A DNA stretch of 64,000 nt from Flectonema sp. DT1601 (taxonomy: Eukaryota): assembly GCA_964019425.1 (NCBI GenBank), contig OZ025789.1, forward strand, positions 62,001-126,000. Reading direction: 5' to 3'. Every line of letters begins with the position of its first letter. The stretch's first letter is position 1. Below are positions 21,891 to 36,800 of this stretch, piece after piece. The notes beneath the pieces are model-generated. The model was not told the DNA's origin. It saw only the letters and a program-made list of their open reading frames with translations, and ran no database searches. The position numbers and the translations under genes were made by a program.

Positions 21891-24800
21891 CTACTTTTCA
21901 GGGCTGCGTACATCATCATCATCATCGTCATCGAGCATCTTCTTGTTTCCATCGTCCATTTCGAAATCATCGAACTTTCTCTCTTTCTTCTCCTGGTCGA
22001 GAGCAGCGTTCTCATTTCTGGATTTCATGAGCGAGTAGGCCAAGAAGACGATAAGTGCGATGACTAAGATCCACAATACTAAGATCAAAGCAGCTGGAAG
22101 GCAGGCTTCTCCAAGCTGCAGCCCTTCACAACAGGCTTCTCCAGCCGTCAGCAAGGTTGCGCCACGGGCACCCGCGTCGTCGTTGAATTCCTCGAGGACT
22201 TCCAACTGACCAATTCTGCTGCCCGCTCTGTCGTGAGTTTCGACAGGTGCCCACTTCTCTCCTTCCATTGCGTAGCATAAAGTGTACTCTCCTGAGATTT
22301 GAGCCGTCACGTTCATCATCAACTCCATTCCAACCTTCGGCTCAAGCATCGGGTTCGCAACCCCCGCGGCTTGGCAGGTTTCGGTAATCGTGATCTTGCT
22401 TCCCTCCGACACCATGCATCCCTGGTTGACAGTTGCCAAGCAGTCCTGGCCCTTCATCAGCGCAAGCTTTCCTGAATTCTTCTTCTTTTGCGAGAAGCAT
22501 CCGTGAACAATGACCGTGAACATCTCAGCCTTCACCGGTTTGTTCGGGTACGCCGTGTACCAGTACGCCCCACTTGGAGCACACATGCGAACACTGCAGT
22601 CCGCGCCCCCCCAGCCAGGATCACATGCGCACATGTTGTTTTCGCAGTCTCCCTTTCCGCTGCAGGTGGCATCCCGATCGCACACAACACAGCTTCCGTC
22701 AACTACCTTGAAGTCACACTGGTCGCAATTCTTTCCCGACATCCCCGCAGGGCATTCCTTGCAGGCTCCCGCTTGAGTGCAAGTTCCGTTCCAAGAACAC
22801 GACGCGTCTTCGACGCATGCAGTCTGGTTCAGGGCAGGGCAGCCTCCCACGACGCACTCGCTTCCGGTCCACTCGCACTTTCCATCAGAACGGACGTCAC
22901 ACGTCTCTTTGGTGCTCCATTCCGAGCAAGGGAGGCTGGTAACGCATCGGTTCACGTCCCACGTGCACCACTCCATCTGGTTGCAGCCCGCACGATCGCC
23001 GGCATCTTCGCACCCGTCGTTCTTTTTGCACGTCGCTTCTTCCCACTTGCATCCCTGGGTATCCTCGCAATCCGTTGCTTCGCCGATCATCGCGCATTTC
23101 TTTCCGCAGAGAGGCTGCTTCACCCCCGTCGGGAGGGCGGCACCCTCGAACCACTCACACTTATCGTCGGCGCCGCACTTCTTCATCTCCGAGTACATGA
23201 AGCACCCTTCTCCGTCTTTGCACATCACGTTTGGAGCGTCCCACTCGCACCGTGCCGCCGGAGCACGGAGCTTCTGGCAGATCGTCGCGTCCTTGTAGAT
23301 CGGACATCCAGTCTTATCCTTGCACACCCCAGCATCCCACTCACAGACCGCGTCTTCGATACACTTCGCCTCCTCCCCGGCGTACACCGCGCATCCCTTC
23401 GGATCTTCGCAGTGTGCCACCGTTCCGTTCGATCCGTCCACCCATACGCACAGCGCCGCCTCGCACTTCTGCCCCTCGTCCCAGACACCGCAGTCCTTCT
23501 CGATGCACACTCTGCTGCTGGCCGACCACGCGCAGTCGTCCTTCTGGGATAAGTCGCACTCGCTTTCCGTTGGGTACAGTCCGCATCCCTCCACGTCGTC
23601 GCACGTCGACGTCGCCGTGTTCCAAACGCATTCGCGACGGTCATCGCACGTTGGCTTCGTTCCGATCACGCCGCACTTCGACCGCTCTTCGCACGCCGGC
23701 TTCGCCGCGTTCCAAGAGCACGAGTGGTCGGCATTGCAGGATACCTCCTCCTCCAAAGCGTAGCATCCCACGTTGGGCTTGCACACCGCCGCCGACAACG
23801 TGCTTGTTTCCCAGCGACAAGATTCCGTGTCCGTCGTCGACTCGCACGCTCCCTGCGTCGCGAACTCGCACACCTGCTTCTGGCAGCTTTGGCTCCCCGC
23901 GTCCCATCCGCAGCGCTCCTCGGCTGCCGCACCCGCACACGCGTCTTCCGCGCAGAAGCTCGGGCACGCACTCCTCACGCACTCCGCTCCCGCCGCAGCC
24001 CACTTGCACAGGCTGTCTACCTCGCATCCAGCGGCACTCTCCCATTCTCCGCAAGATCCCTTGTGCAGCGGCTCCCCATGCTCCGACACGTAGTATCCGA
24101 ACGACGTAGCTTCATTGCACAACCCTGCGAAAACGTCCGCAAGCTCCGACATCTCGACAGACTCGAAGTGCGAGTCCACCGGCTCCGTCACCAGCGCCTT
24201 CATCGTCTCTGCATCCGACTCGCTTACCGCGCTCGGCCTCGAGAACCTCCTCACCTGGATTCCGAACACCGTCGCCCTCTGCGCCTCCAGCCTTCCGCGG
24301 GTTGCTTTCATCAGGTTCGCGTCTGGAATCGCCCCGTCCGCCACCACAATCACAACCTTCTTCCTGTCAGCCGGAGACTCGTCCAGCATCACGCTCGCCA
24401 TCTCCATCGCCTGCGACGCGTACGACTCCACAGTAGCGCTTCCCCTGAACTGATCTTCGTGCCAGTGAAGGTCGTCCACCAGCTGTGCCTCGCTTCCCGA
24501 CAACAATCCCTTAGTTCCCTCCGTCGACGTTCTCTTTGCCGCCCCGCTTGCCGAGAACTGTGCAAACCCGACCCTGAACCCGCTTGTCCGCAGCACCTTT
24601 GTGGCCGCCCCGCTTCCCTCTCCATCCGCGAGCGGCAACGTCTTCACCCAGTCCAGCAGCAGCTCGGTCACCGCCAGGAACCCGTGTGGGTGACGACCGA
24701 ACACCTCCGCCATGCTCGTCGATCCGTCCATCAATACCACCACGTCGACCGCCGGGCAGTTCGCGTACATCGACGCCATGCAGCTGTCATCCTTCCACAT

Positions 24801-27800
24801 GCAACCAGAGGTCTTTCCGCACTCGCACGACTTCGAGAATCTCTTGCACTGACTCACCCCTTCATCACACGTCCTCTGCGCCTCGTCCCACACGCAGCTT
24901 TCGACACCCTCGCAAGACGGCTTGTCCTCGTTCACTCGGCAAACCTTCACTCCGCAGTGCGCCGGGGCGTGCGCCGTCTTCCACTCGCACGACGCATCCG
25001 CCGCACAATCCCTCTCGTTGGTGTAAGGCACGCACTCCAGAGGGGTGCACGTGTTTCCTTTCCACTCGCAGTCATACGAGTGTTTCCCGCACACATCCTC
25101 CGTCTTGTATGGAACACACGGCTTCTCCACGCAGCTCCCGATCACCAAGTCCCACTGACACGTGTCCTTCCCATCGCACGTCACCGGGTCAGGCGCATTG
25201 CACATCTTTTCGACACACTTGCTCTTGTCCGCCGCCTCCTCGTCGAACTGGCACCCGTAAGGGTCAGCAACGCAGTTGTCCTCAGTCGTCGCCGTGCAAG
25301 GCGGTGGTCCACAAACGGAGTCCCCCTCGTACCAACGGCACCCCTCGTCCGTAACGGTGTACTTCATCGCTTCGCAAGCCAGCTTCTCCGACGCCGAGCA
25401 CTCAACAACGCGGCCACACTCACCGAACGTCGCGTCCCACACGCACCCCGCAGCACCGTTGCACGAACCCTCGTCGCACTCATCGTGGCACATCGACCAC
25501 TCGCACGCCAGCTGCGTCGCGTTCCACTTGCATGCCGCTTCCCTGTAGCACGCCTTCTCCGTCACGAACGATCCGCAAGGGAGGTGGTGTCCCTCCAATG
25601 ACTGGTAGTTCAAAATGATCTTTCCAAACTTGCTGTTCGGGTTGCAGATGTCCACCAAAACTTCTCTCGAGAAGTCGTCAAGAGGGATGTTCACGTAGTG
25701 GTCTGCCTTCGGCTCCGAAACGATCCCGCTGAGCACCGCCTCAGCCTCGAGATCGACCTCCGAGTGCGCTTTGAACCTCCTCAGCACCACTCCGAACACC
25801 TCGACTCCCTGCCCGCCGAGCGCTGCCCTCGCCGAATTCAGCTCCGCAGCGTCGTGGATCTTCCCGTCGGTCACGATCAGGAGCACCTTGCGGCGCCCAG
25901 CAGGGCTGCTCTGGAACAGGTTCGCCGCGAAATCGAGCGCCTGCGAGATGTACGTCGACTCCATTGCGTAGGCTTGCTCATGGAAGTCGAGATCTGCCGA
26001 CAGCTCGGCAACGACTCCCGAGAACCTTCCACCAGTTCCGGTTCCAGCTGGTGCCCGGACAGCAGACTTTGGTGCCGAGAACTGGATGAACCCGACACGG
26101 AGTCCTCCGGCCTGCGGATCCATCGTACCCGCCGACTCCAAGCTCAGAGGCAGCGTCTTCACCCAGTCACGGAGCTGCTCCACCATCGCGTAGAACCCGT
26201 GTGGGTGGCGCCCGAAAGCCTGGCTCATCGAACCAGAACCGTCGAACACAACCGCGATATCCATCACCGGACACCCACCGAACGCTCCTTCCAAGCACGC
26301 CGACCGCTTCGCGTCCCACGTGCACCGGTCTACCGCCTTGCAGCTGCACCCGTCCTTCAGATCAGAGCACTTCAGCTCAACGCACCCCTGCCCCGACCAC
26401 TTGCACTTCTCAGAGTCCGTCTTGCAAGCCGCTTGTTCTGCGTGCTTCGAGCAGTACTTCTGCGTGCACCCTGGCGGCGATTCCTCGGTGTTCCAGTGGC
26501 AAGCGTCATCGTGGTCGCATGTCATCTCGTCAGGGTAAGGCGTGCACTTCTTCGGCACGCACTCCGGCGTCCCCGTCGACCACTCGCACTTCTTCCCATC
26601 CGCCAAGCACCCGGCCTCGTCGCTTGCCTGGCAAGGGATCAGCACGCAAGGCCCCCACGCCATCGTTCCGCGAATCTTCGAATCCCATGTACACTTCGCG
26701 TCCACGCCACAAGCATCCTGCGAAGTGTACGTGCACGGCCGCTCCACGCACGCGTCATGCGCGCTCTCCCACTCGCATCCAACCAGGTCCTCAACGCATC
26801 CAGACTCCGACTCGTGTTGGCACTTCTTCTTCTCACACTTCACCTTGTTCGCATTCCAGTCGCATCCCGGGTCAATCAAACATTCCGACACATCCGCGTG
26901 CGAGCAGATCGGCTGCTTGAAGCAGCTCCCGTCGATCCACGAACACAAGTTAGCGTGGTCCTCGGCACACGTTGCATTGTCACAGTGAGCAAGGCACCCG
27001 GAGTCCGCACACGAGAGCAGGCGGTCGCTCCATCTGCACGACAAGTCCGTGTCACACGCATCCTTCTCGAGATGATTTGGGCAAGGGGTGCTCGCCGAAC
27101 CCGAACCCGTCGCTGACTTGGCGATGAGAGCTCCGAACTGTTTGTGCGGGTCGCACAGTGCCCACAAGATCGAGTCGAGCTCGTCGATCGTCGCATCCGC
27201 AAAGTGCTCATCCTGCACCGTCGAAGTGATCATCTTCAGCGCCTCCCTCGCCGTCGAGCTCGACGCATCGAACGCCGTTGTCGGCCTCAGCAACAACCCG
27301 AAGGTCTGCACCTGCATTCCGAGCAGCGTCCTCAAGTTCTGCACCGTCGCCGTAGTCGCCGCGTCCTTCAGCTCGCTGTCAGTCAGCACCAGCAGGATCC
27401 GCTTCCTCGTCACCGATCCCAGCATCCCCTTCGTCAAGTCCAACGCGCTCTTGATGTACGCCCGCTCCGTACCCACGATGTTCTTCTCGTGGAAGTCGAG
27501 GTCCTTCAGCAGCTCGTCCAGGTCTCCGGTAACGTGTCCCGCGCTCCCCACTCCCTGCGGTGACTTGATCGCCCCTGCCTCCGCCGCGAACTGCACCACT
27601 CCCACGCGCACACCCTGTGCTGGGCTTTCCTTGAACGCCTTTCCGAGTGTCCCGGACAGAGGGATCCCCTTTACCCAGTCGCGAATCTTCTCAACCATCG
27701 CGTAGTACCCGTTCGGGTGTCTGTCAAACGCTCCCTGCATCGACGTCGTCGAATCCATCGCGATCACCACATCCATCAGCGGGCATCCTCCGAATTGCCC

Positions 27801-30800
27801 CGTCACGCACTCCTTCTTCGAACCATCCCAGAAGCATCCGAGGTCCTTGTTGCACGGACACGGCTCCCCAATCTTCGTGCAATTCTTGTCAGCACACTCG
27901 CCGTCCACCGAGTCCCAGCTGCACCTCTGCTGAGGGTCAGTCGAGCAGCTTCCCTGCTCAGAGAACCTGCTGCAGTACTTCACCTTGCACATCGACGGTG
28001 CATCGTCCACCGACCAGTGGCACTTGTCATCGTGGTTGCAAGTCACTTCGTCCGCGTGTGCCGCGCACTCGCAGCACCACGGGTTCGCCTCGCAAGTCGC
28101 AGACTGGCAGCGATCCTTCACGCACAGCTTCTCCTCTGCCTTCCACTGGCATCCCTCCGCGGCCGCCGCTTGCGTGCACTTCGCCTCCTCCGTGTACGTG
28201 CATTCCGTCTTGGTGCACACCATGTCGTCCGTCGCCCACTCGCATCCCTCCGGATCGGTCACGCAGCTGTCCTCGGCCTGGTGGTTGCACTTCCTCACCT
28301 GGCAGGTGCTTCCGTTCCATCGGCACGCGTTTGCGGTGTCGGCATCGCACAGCTGCGGCGATGCGTGCTTTGGGCAAGCTGGCTGCCTTTCGCATGACTT
28401 CCCGTTAGTCCACCCGCAGAAGTCGCTGGTAGCGGCGTTGCACTCACTTTCGCTGCATCCGTACGACAGGCACGGCGTGTTGACGCATCCCAACAGCGAC
28501 TCCGACCACACGCACCACGTGTCATCCAAACACGAACCGGCAGACTCATACACAGCACACGGCTGGTGTGCAGCTCCCTCCCGCATCGCAATCAGCGCCC
28601 CGAACTTCTTCGTAGGGTCGCAGATCGCCTCGAACACCTCGGTGACCACATCGTCCAGTTTCAAGTTCAAGAAGTGCTCGTCCGTCGGCAGCGACACCAC
28701 CGGCTTCAGGGCAAATTCGGCATCGATGTCCTCCTGGGTTCTCGTGTCCAGCCGGCGAATTACCACTCCGAAGGTCTGAACCGACAACGCATCGAGCGAT
28801 CCACGCACAGCCTTCAGCATATCCGCGTCGTTCAGTTTCCCGTCGGTGATCAGAATCAGGACGCGCTTCCTCGTCGGTGGGGATGCTCTGAAGATCTCAA
28901 CCGCGTGTTCAAGGGCTCCCTCAACGAAGGTGCGGTCCGCCATCTGGTTCTTGTTGTGGTACTCGATGTCCTTCTCCAGCTCCGACAGGTTTCCAGACAA
29001 GAGCCCGTTTGCTGTTCCCACCATACCGGCCGTCGTCCTCGGAGCCCCAGGCGTCGAGAACTGCACGAACCCGACACGCATCCCCGTCGCCTTGGTCTGC
29101 TCCTTCGCTGTGTACGAGTCCCCGTTCAACGGAAGCTTCTTCACCCACTCCTTCAGGAACGTCGTCAGCGCCTCGTATCCGTGAGGATGGCGACCAAACG
29201 CCTGGCTCATGGATCCCGAACCGTCGAATACCACCGCCACGTCCAGCGGCGGACAAGCCCCGAACACCGAAGTCACGCATTCGTCCGAGGCGCCACTCCA
29301 GAAGCACCCGGCCTCCTCCTGACATGCACACTGGTTTCCGTTGAACCGGTCGCACCTCGACTCTACGCAACCACGCTGCTGCGAGTCCCATGCGCAAGCC
29401 GCATCCCCGTCACAGTCGCTCTCAGCCTTCCAGCGCGCGCAGTAGGTCTCCGTACAGTACGCCGGCGATGAGTCGACGTCCCACTTGCACCCCACGTCCG
29501 TGTGGCAAGACGACTCGTCCAGGTGCTGGGCACATGGCCGCTCAACGCACTTGTTGCTCTCCCACTTGCACTGTTTGTCCCCAACACAGAGGTCCATTAC
29601 CACATACTGGCACGGCTTCTCGCTGCAAACCGACGCAACCTGGTCCCACGTGCACTCCACATCCGCCAGACAGTCGGCAGACACGTTGTAGCTGCACTTC
29701 TTCAACGAGCACTTGTCCTCGACCCACACGCACTCTTCCTCCGTGTCGCTGACGCACGCCGTCTCAGTGATGTGCTGGCATGGCCGCGGCTCGCATCGGT
29801 CCTTCGTCGTCGACCACCAGCACTCGGGATCCGATCCACAGTCGTTCGCGTTCGCAGCCGCGCACACCTTCTTCTTCCCGCACGCGTGATCCTTCGCGTC
29901 GTACTCACACAGCAAGCTCTCCTCCGCCGACATGCACAGCTTCTCCGAACACAGCTGCAGACAAGGGGTGTTTGCGCACCTCACCAAACTGTCGTCCCAC
30001 TGGCAACCCGAATCGCGGTTGCACTCCGCCGAGTTGTGGTGGAAGTCGCACGGCAGGTGCGAGTCCGTTGTCCCCAGGTTTACCAACCACCTTCCCCACG
30101 GGGTTCCCGGGTTGCACCACTTGTCGAACACGTTCTCCTGAAGCTCGTCAATCATGAGGTTCGTGAAGTGAGTCTCCTGCGGCTCCGTCACCAGCGGCCT
30201 CAGCGATGCCTCAGCCTCCAGATCCCCGGCCGTGTGCGACTGCGATTTTCTAATCACGATCCCGACCGTGTGCACCCCGATCGCATCCAGTTTCGACTTC
30301 GCGAGCGCCGTCTGGTCTCCGTCCTCAATCTTCCCGTCGATGATCACCATCACCACCTTCTTCCTTCCGTCGTTCGGAGCCCCCGCCAGCAACCCTGCCG
30401 CCGTGTCGAACGACTCGGCGAGGAAGCTTCCCCCTCCCATGAAATTCTTCTCCTGCCAGTCCAGATCCACAGTCAACTCCGGCATGTACCCGGACAACCT
30501 TCCACCGGCAGCCCCGTTCACCCCGCTCAGCGGCGTGCTCAGCGACGATCCCCTCACCACCCCGTTCACCTTCTTGTTCTCATTCCCGCTGAACTGGATG
30601 AACGAGATCCTCGTCAGACCCACAGGGTACCCTGTTCCGTTGCGATCGGCTCTGCCGTAGTCGTTCGCGAGCGGAAGCAGCAGTGACCAGTCCCGAAGCA
30701 TCTCCAGCAGCGCAGCGTATCCGCGCGGGTGGCGTCCGAACTGATTTGCCATCGAAGCCGATCCGTCGAACAGCACCACGATGTCCATCGTCGGACATGC

Positions 30801-33800
30801 TCCGTAATGCACGTCCACGCAAACGTTGTCGTGCCAGAAGCACTCCGGGTTGCTGTTGCATGCGCAGTGCACCTCATCCGTGTTCGTCAAGTCCTTTGCG
30901 TAGTCTCCACACTTCTTGTCCGAACACGTCGAGAAGTCCCAGTGGCAAGCCGGTTCGTTGTTGCAGCTAACCGATTCCCCATACTGCGAGCAGAACTTCT
31001 CCTTGCACTTTCCAGGCGCCACCGCCGAGTCCCACTCGCACACCAAGTCTTCGTGGCAAGACACCTCGTCCGCGTACCCGACGCAAGGCTTCTCCTGACA
31101 CACATTGCTCGTCGTGTTCATCTCGCACCACTGCTTGTTGCTCTCATCCTCCACGCAGCACGTCGAGTTCCCCCCGCACGACACGCACCTTTTCGGCTTG
31201 CAGATCAATCCGTGCTTGTCCCACTCGCAGATCTCCTTCTCGGTCGAACACCCGTCCTCCGTCTTCAGTGTCTTGCACGGCTCCAGGCTGCAGGTCAACA
31301 GCAGCGAGTCGTAAACGCATCCCTCAGGGTCCGCGAGACACGCGTCCTCGTCGGCGTGCACGCAAGGCTTCTCCGCGCACGTGTTGTTCCTCCAAGCGCA
31401 CTCGTCGTCCTGCGCGCAAGAGGTCTCGTCAGGGTGAGCGCACAGCTTCGACTTCCAGCACACGCTCTCCGTCCCGTTCCACTCGCAGTGGTTTTCCTTG
31501 TCGTCAGTGCATGGACCGTCGTCACAGTGTTGGAAGCAAGGGGTGTTTCCACACACCTGCGCCGAGTCTCCCCACGCGCATCCCTTCTCCTGGTTACACG
31601 TTCCCTTCGATGGGAACTGCTCGCAAGGAACCGCCCCCGCTGGAAGCCCGATGCTTCCGCTTCCTCCACCGGCCACGTACCTTCCCCACTTGCTCGCAGG
31701 GTCGCAAAGTCCCGTCAGCACCTCGGTCGGCACCTCGTCCAGCATCAAGCTCAGAAAGTGCTCGTCAGCAGGTGCAGACACCACAGGCTTCAGCGCCGCC
31801 TCCGCGTCGATGTCTCCCTGCGTCCTCGCCGAGAATCGGCGCACCGCGATACCAAACACCAACACCTGCTGCTGCTTCAGGGTGCTCCGCACTCCCGAAA
31901 GCTTGTCTCCGTCCATCAGCACCCCGTCCGTGATGATGATGATGATCTTTCGCCGTCCATCCACCGGTGAATCCTGTGCGAACATGTTCGACGCCATGAC
32001 GAGACCCTCCTCGATGAAGGTCAGCTGCTTCATGTAATTGTCCTCGTGCCACTCGATGTCAGCCTGCAGCTGCGCCAGGTCCCCGCTCAGACGACCGTTT
32101 GCACCCACGCCTGGCGGCGTGCGCTGCGCCGAGTTCACTACTCCCCCAGTCGGCCCCGTGCTTCCAGCCAACCCACTGAACTGCACCAGCCCGACACGCA
32201 CTCCCCCGCTAGGCACCGAGTTCGAACCGACCGCTGAATCCTCTCCGCTGAGCGGCAGCGTCTTCACCCAGTCGCGGATCATCTCCATCATCGCGTAGAA
32301 CCCGTGTGGGTGTCGCCCGAAGCTCTGGCTCATCGAACCAGAACCGTCAAGCACCAGCGCCACATCGAGCGTCGGGCACTTCCCGTAAGCCTGTTCCTCG
32401 CACCTTCCACGTCCACCGGTGTTGCTCCAGAAGCAGCTCGGGTCCTGCTGACATCCGCACCTCTCAGGGATCTTGTGGCAAGTCTTCTCTACGCACAAGT
32501 CCTTCTCCCACAGACATCCCGAGTCCGCCTCACACATCGCCTGCTCGGGGTACTTCGCACACCGCTCGAGCTGACAGCTTCCCGGAGAGGTGCTGGTGTC
32601 CCAGTGGCACCGGCGGTCAGCGTCGCACGACTTGTCTTCGGTGTATTCGACGCAAGGGCGCACCGTGCACGTCAGGTTCGACGTCTGCCAATCGCACAAC
32701 GCATCAGAGCGGCAATCCACCTCCGCCGTGTACACGCACTTCTTCTGTACGCAAGTCTTGTCCCCGGTCCACATGCAGCTCTTCTCCGTGTCTGACTCGC
32801 ATTCCTGTCGCGCCTCGTGGTTCACGCAAGGCATCAACACACAGGTCGTCGGGTCCTTCCACATGCACACCGCCTCAGTGTCCGCCAGACAGCTGTCCTC
32901 GGTCTTGTGATGGCACCTCTTCTCCCCGCAGTCGGTCGCCGTCGCGTTCCATTCGCATCCTTCCTCCGACTCACATGTCACCACGTTGTCCCCTCCGCAC
33001 ACCTCCTTGCGGTAGCAAGTCTTCTCCAACTCGTTCCACCCTCCCACGCATCCGTTGGTTACATCCCCATCGCACATCGCCTCCGAACAGTGCACCACGC
33101 AAGGCGAGTTCACGCATCCCAGCAGGGTCTCCGACCATACGCATCCGCGGTCCGACATGCAGCTTGTCTTTCCTTCGTACTTCCTGCACGGCTGGTGTTG
33201 CCCCCCGACAGGCTGCATCGCGAGTCCGCTTCCCCAACCGGTCGCCGGGTCGCACATCTTCGTCAGCGGACCGTTCACATCTGCCAACTCGTCCATGTCG
33301 ACGTTCACGAAGTGATCTGCGTGTGGGTCCGACGTGATCGGCTTCAGCGTCTCCTCCGCGTCCGCATCCAGCTGCGTGTGAGTCGCGAACCGACGAACCA
33401 CGATCCCGAACACTTCGACCTGCTGAGAGCTCAACTTTGCCTGCGCAGACGCCAGCAGGTTCTTGTCCTGGATCGCCCCGTCAGTGATGATGAAGAGAGC
33501 GCGTCTCCTCCCGTCAAGAGGCGAGTCCTGGAAGATTCCGGCTGCCATGTCGAGACCCGCCCGGATGTACGTTCCCTGCGCCATGTAGTTCGCCTCGTGC
33601 CACGAAAGGTCCGCCAACAGCTCGCCTGCGTCGCCCGACAGCCTTCCGGCCGTTCCCGTGTTGCTCGGGGTCTTCAGAGCCGATCCCGGGATCGGTCCTG
33701 TTACTGGCGACCCGCTGTCCTGTGGAACTCCGCTGAACTGGATGAACGCCACGCGCGTCTTCCGGTTCACCGTCGAAGGCGTTCCCGCCGCCTCACCGCT

Positions 33801-36800
33801 AAGCGGAAGCCCCTGCACCCAGCTCTTCAGCATCTCAACCTCCGCAAAGTACCCGTGTGGGTGGCGTCCGAAGGCATTGCTCATCGATCCAGATCCATCG
33901 AACAGCACCACGAGGTCCAGCGTCGGGCACGTCCCGTACCGGGTGTCAACGCAAGCCTGCTCCGACGGAATCCAGAAGCAGTCTGGGTCGTTGTGGCACT
34001 CACAAGGGTCCGAAGACAGCTTGTCGCAGACCTTCGTCACGCACGAGTTCCCCTCCGTCATGCACTTCGCGTCCGCCTTGCAGGTCGCCTGGTTGCAACC
34101 CCTCTTCGTGCAGTGTCTTCTGCAGTACTTCTCGTTACACGTACCCGGCGCAATCGAGGTGTCCCACTCGCAAATCACGTCCCCGTTGCACTCCTTCTCG
34201 CTCGAGTACTGCTTGCAAGGGGCTGTTTCGCACAGCGAATTTCCGCCGATCTGCTTCACCCACTCACACAACCCTGCCGCCGGCTTCGTCAAGCAGTCTC
34301 CCTTCTCCGTGTACGGACTGCACTTCTTCAGCTCGCAGTAGTCGGCGTCCAAGTTCCACGTGCAATTTAAGTCCTGCTCACACGTCGCTACCGCGTCGTA
34401 CGTGCACGGCCTCTTTCCGCACGTCTGCGCGAGGTTGTTCCACTCACAAGGGTCCGGATCGGCTAAGCATCCCTGCTCGTTGTCGTGTTCGCACTTCTTA
34501 CCGATGCAAGTCTTTCCATCATCCGCAACCTCGCACTTCTCGTCCTGCAGACACCGCGCAGCCGTCGGATGCTTGCAAACTTCCTCCTTCACGCACCCTC
34601 CGGATTTCCACTGACACTGGTTCGGCCAGTCCGCCGTGCAGTTGTCCTGCTTGCAGTGCTTCAGGCACGGCGAGTCTCCGCAAGACAACGTCTCATCGAA
34701 CCACACGCAGTGGGACTGCTTGTTGCACGGATCCTTCTCCGCCACCGTCGGGCAAGGGAGCACCTCCTCCGAAACGTCCGCGACATAGCGTCCCCACACG
34801 TGTTGCGGCTCGCAGATCCCGTTCAGCGCCGTCGCCAATTCGTCCACCAGAATGTTCTGGAAGTGCGCGCTCGCCGGCGAGCTCACGATCTGCTTCAGGG
34901 TTTCCTCCGCCCTCAGGTCGATTGCCGTGCGCGTCCCGAACGGCCGGATCACCGCCCCGAAGATCCTAACCTGCGCCTGGTCGAGTTCCGACATCGCCTG
35001 ACCGTAAGCATCCTTGTCGTGCAGTTCCCCGTCCGACACGATGATGAGCACCCGCCTCCTTCCGTCAACGGGGGAGGCCCGGAACAGGCTCACCGCCTTC
35101 TCGAGCCCGGCGAGCAGGTAGGTCTGCTGCGTAGTTGGCTGCGTCACCAAGCTTCCCCCGAGGAACGCCCCCATGTGGTACTCCGCATCCGCGCGCACCT
35201 CCGACAGGGAACCGGTCAGGTGACCTCCACTACCCGTTCCAGGTGGCGAGAACGTCGCCTGCCTTGGGTCATCCGAAGTCCACTTGCTGCTTCCGGCGAA
35301 CTGCACCAAAGCCAACCGGATCGCCTTCGTATTCGCCACCGACGGCTGTCCAGCCGCCTCCTTGCTCAGAGGAAGCGTTGCCGCCCAGTCCTTCACCACC
35401 TCAACCAACGCGTAGAACCCGTTCGGGTGCCGTCCGAACGCCCGGCTCATCGACGCCCCTCCGTCGAGGAGGAGCACGATGTCCAGGGTCGGGCAGGTAC
35501 CGTAACGCTGGAACGTGCAGTGTGAGCTGACCGCCGTCGAACTGAAGAAGCAGTCCGCGTCTCCCTCGCACTGGCACTTGTCCATCACTCCGCAATCCTT
35601 CTCCACGCAAGTCAACTTCGCGTCCGACCACATGCACTCGTCCTCTCCCTTGCACCCGTTCTGGTCGAACTTCCTGCACGGCAGCTGCGCACACAACGCA
35701 GGCGACTGCTGCACGTCCCAGTGGCACCCGTCCACCGCGTTGCAGCACTGCTCCCCGGCATACTCAGAGCAAACCTTCGCCGAACAGCTTCCGTTCCATT
35801 GGCACCGCGAGTCCGCCGTGCACGCGGCATCGGACCCCGCCCCTTCGCACGGCTTCACAACACACTCCTCATCAGGGCAGCTGTTGTCCCACTTGCATCC
35901 CGAGTCCGCCCCGCAAGTCGTCGAGTCCGGGTACTGGCAAGGAGTCAACACGCACTCCCGGCTTCCCGTCTGCCACGTGCACTCGAACTCCGTGTCAGCC
36001 AAGCAGCTGTTCTCGTCAGGGTGCAGACAAGGCTTCTCCCCACACTCTCCACCCGTTCCCGCGGTCACGTTCCACGCGCACATCGCATCTTGGTTGCATG
36101 CCTGCGGGGTTGTGTGCGGGCAGATCTCCTTCTTGTAACAAACCTGCTCCTGCGAGTTCCACTCGCAGTGGTTCCCCTGATCTCCGTTACATTCCGACTC
36201 CTCACAGTGACGGATGCAAGGTGTGTCCACGCACGCAGTCAGCACCTCCTGATACAGGCATCCCGGGTCGCTGTCGCACTTCGTCTTGTCCACGTAATTC
36301 CTGCAAGGTTTGTGCACTCCTGCCTGACTCTGAGGGTCGACTACGTACTTGCCCCACAGGCTGTTGGGGTCGCACAGTCCGTCAAGCGCGTCAGGGATCT
36401 CGCTGAGCATGAGGTTCAGGTAGTGGTCCACGTGTGGCTCCGATGTGATCGGTCTCAGCGAATTCTCCGCGTCGAGGTCCACCGCCGTGTGGGCGAGGAA
36501 CCTCCTCACCACCACCCCGAAGGTCACCACCCCGGCGTTCTCGAGCCTTCCACGCGCGTCTTTCAGCCTATCAACATCCTTGATCTCCCCGTCCGTGAAG
36601 ACCAACAGCACCTTCTTCCTCAAACTACCCGGGGATTCCTTGAACATGTCCGCCGCGGTGTCCAGCGCCGAGGCTATGTAGGTTCCGCCCTGCATGTAGT
36701 TCGTCTCCTGCCACTCCAGCTCCGCGTCGAGCTCGGTCCTCAAACCCGTCAACCTTCCGCTCGTCCCAATCTGCGCCGGAGTCGTTTGCGCTGCGTCCAC

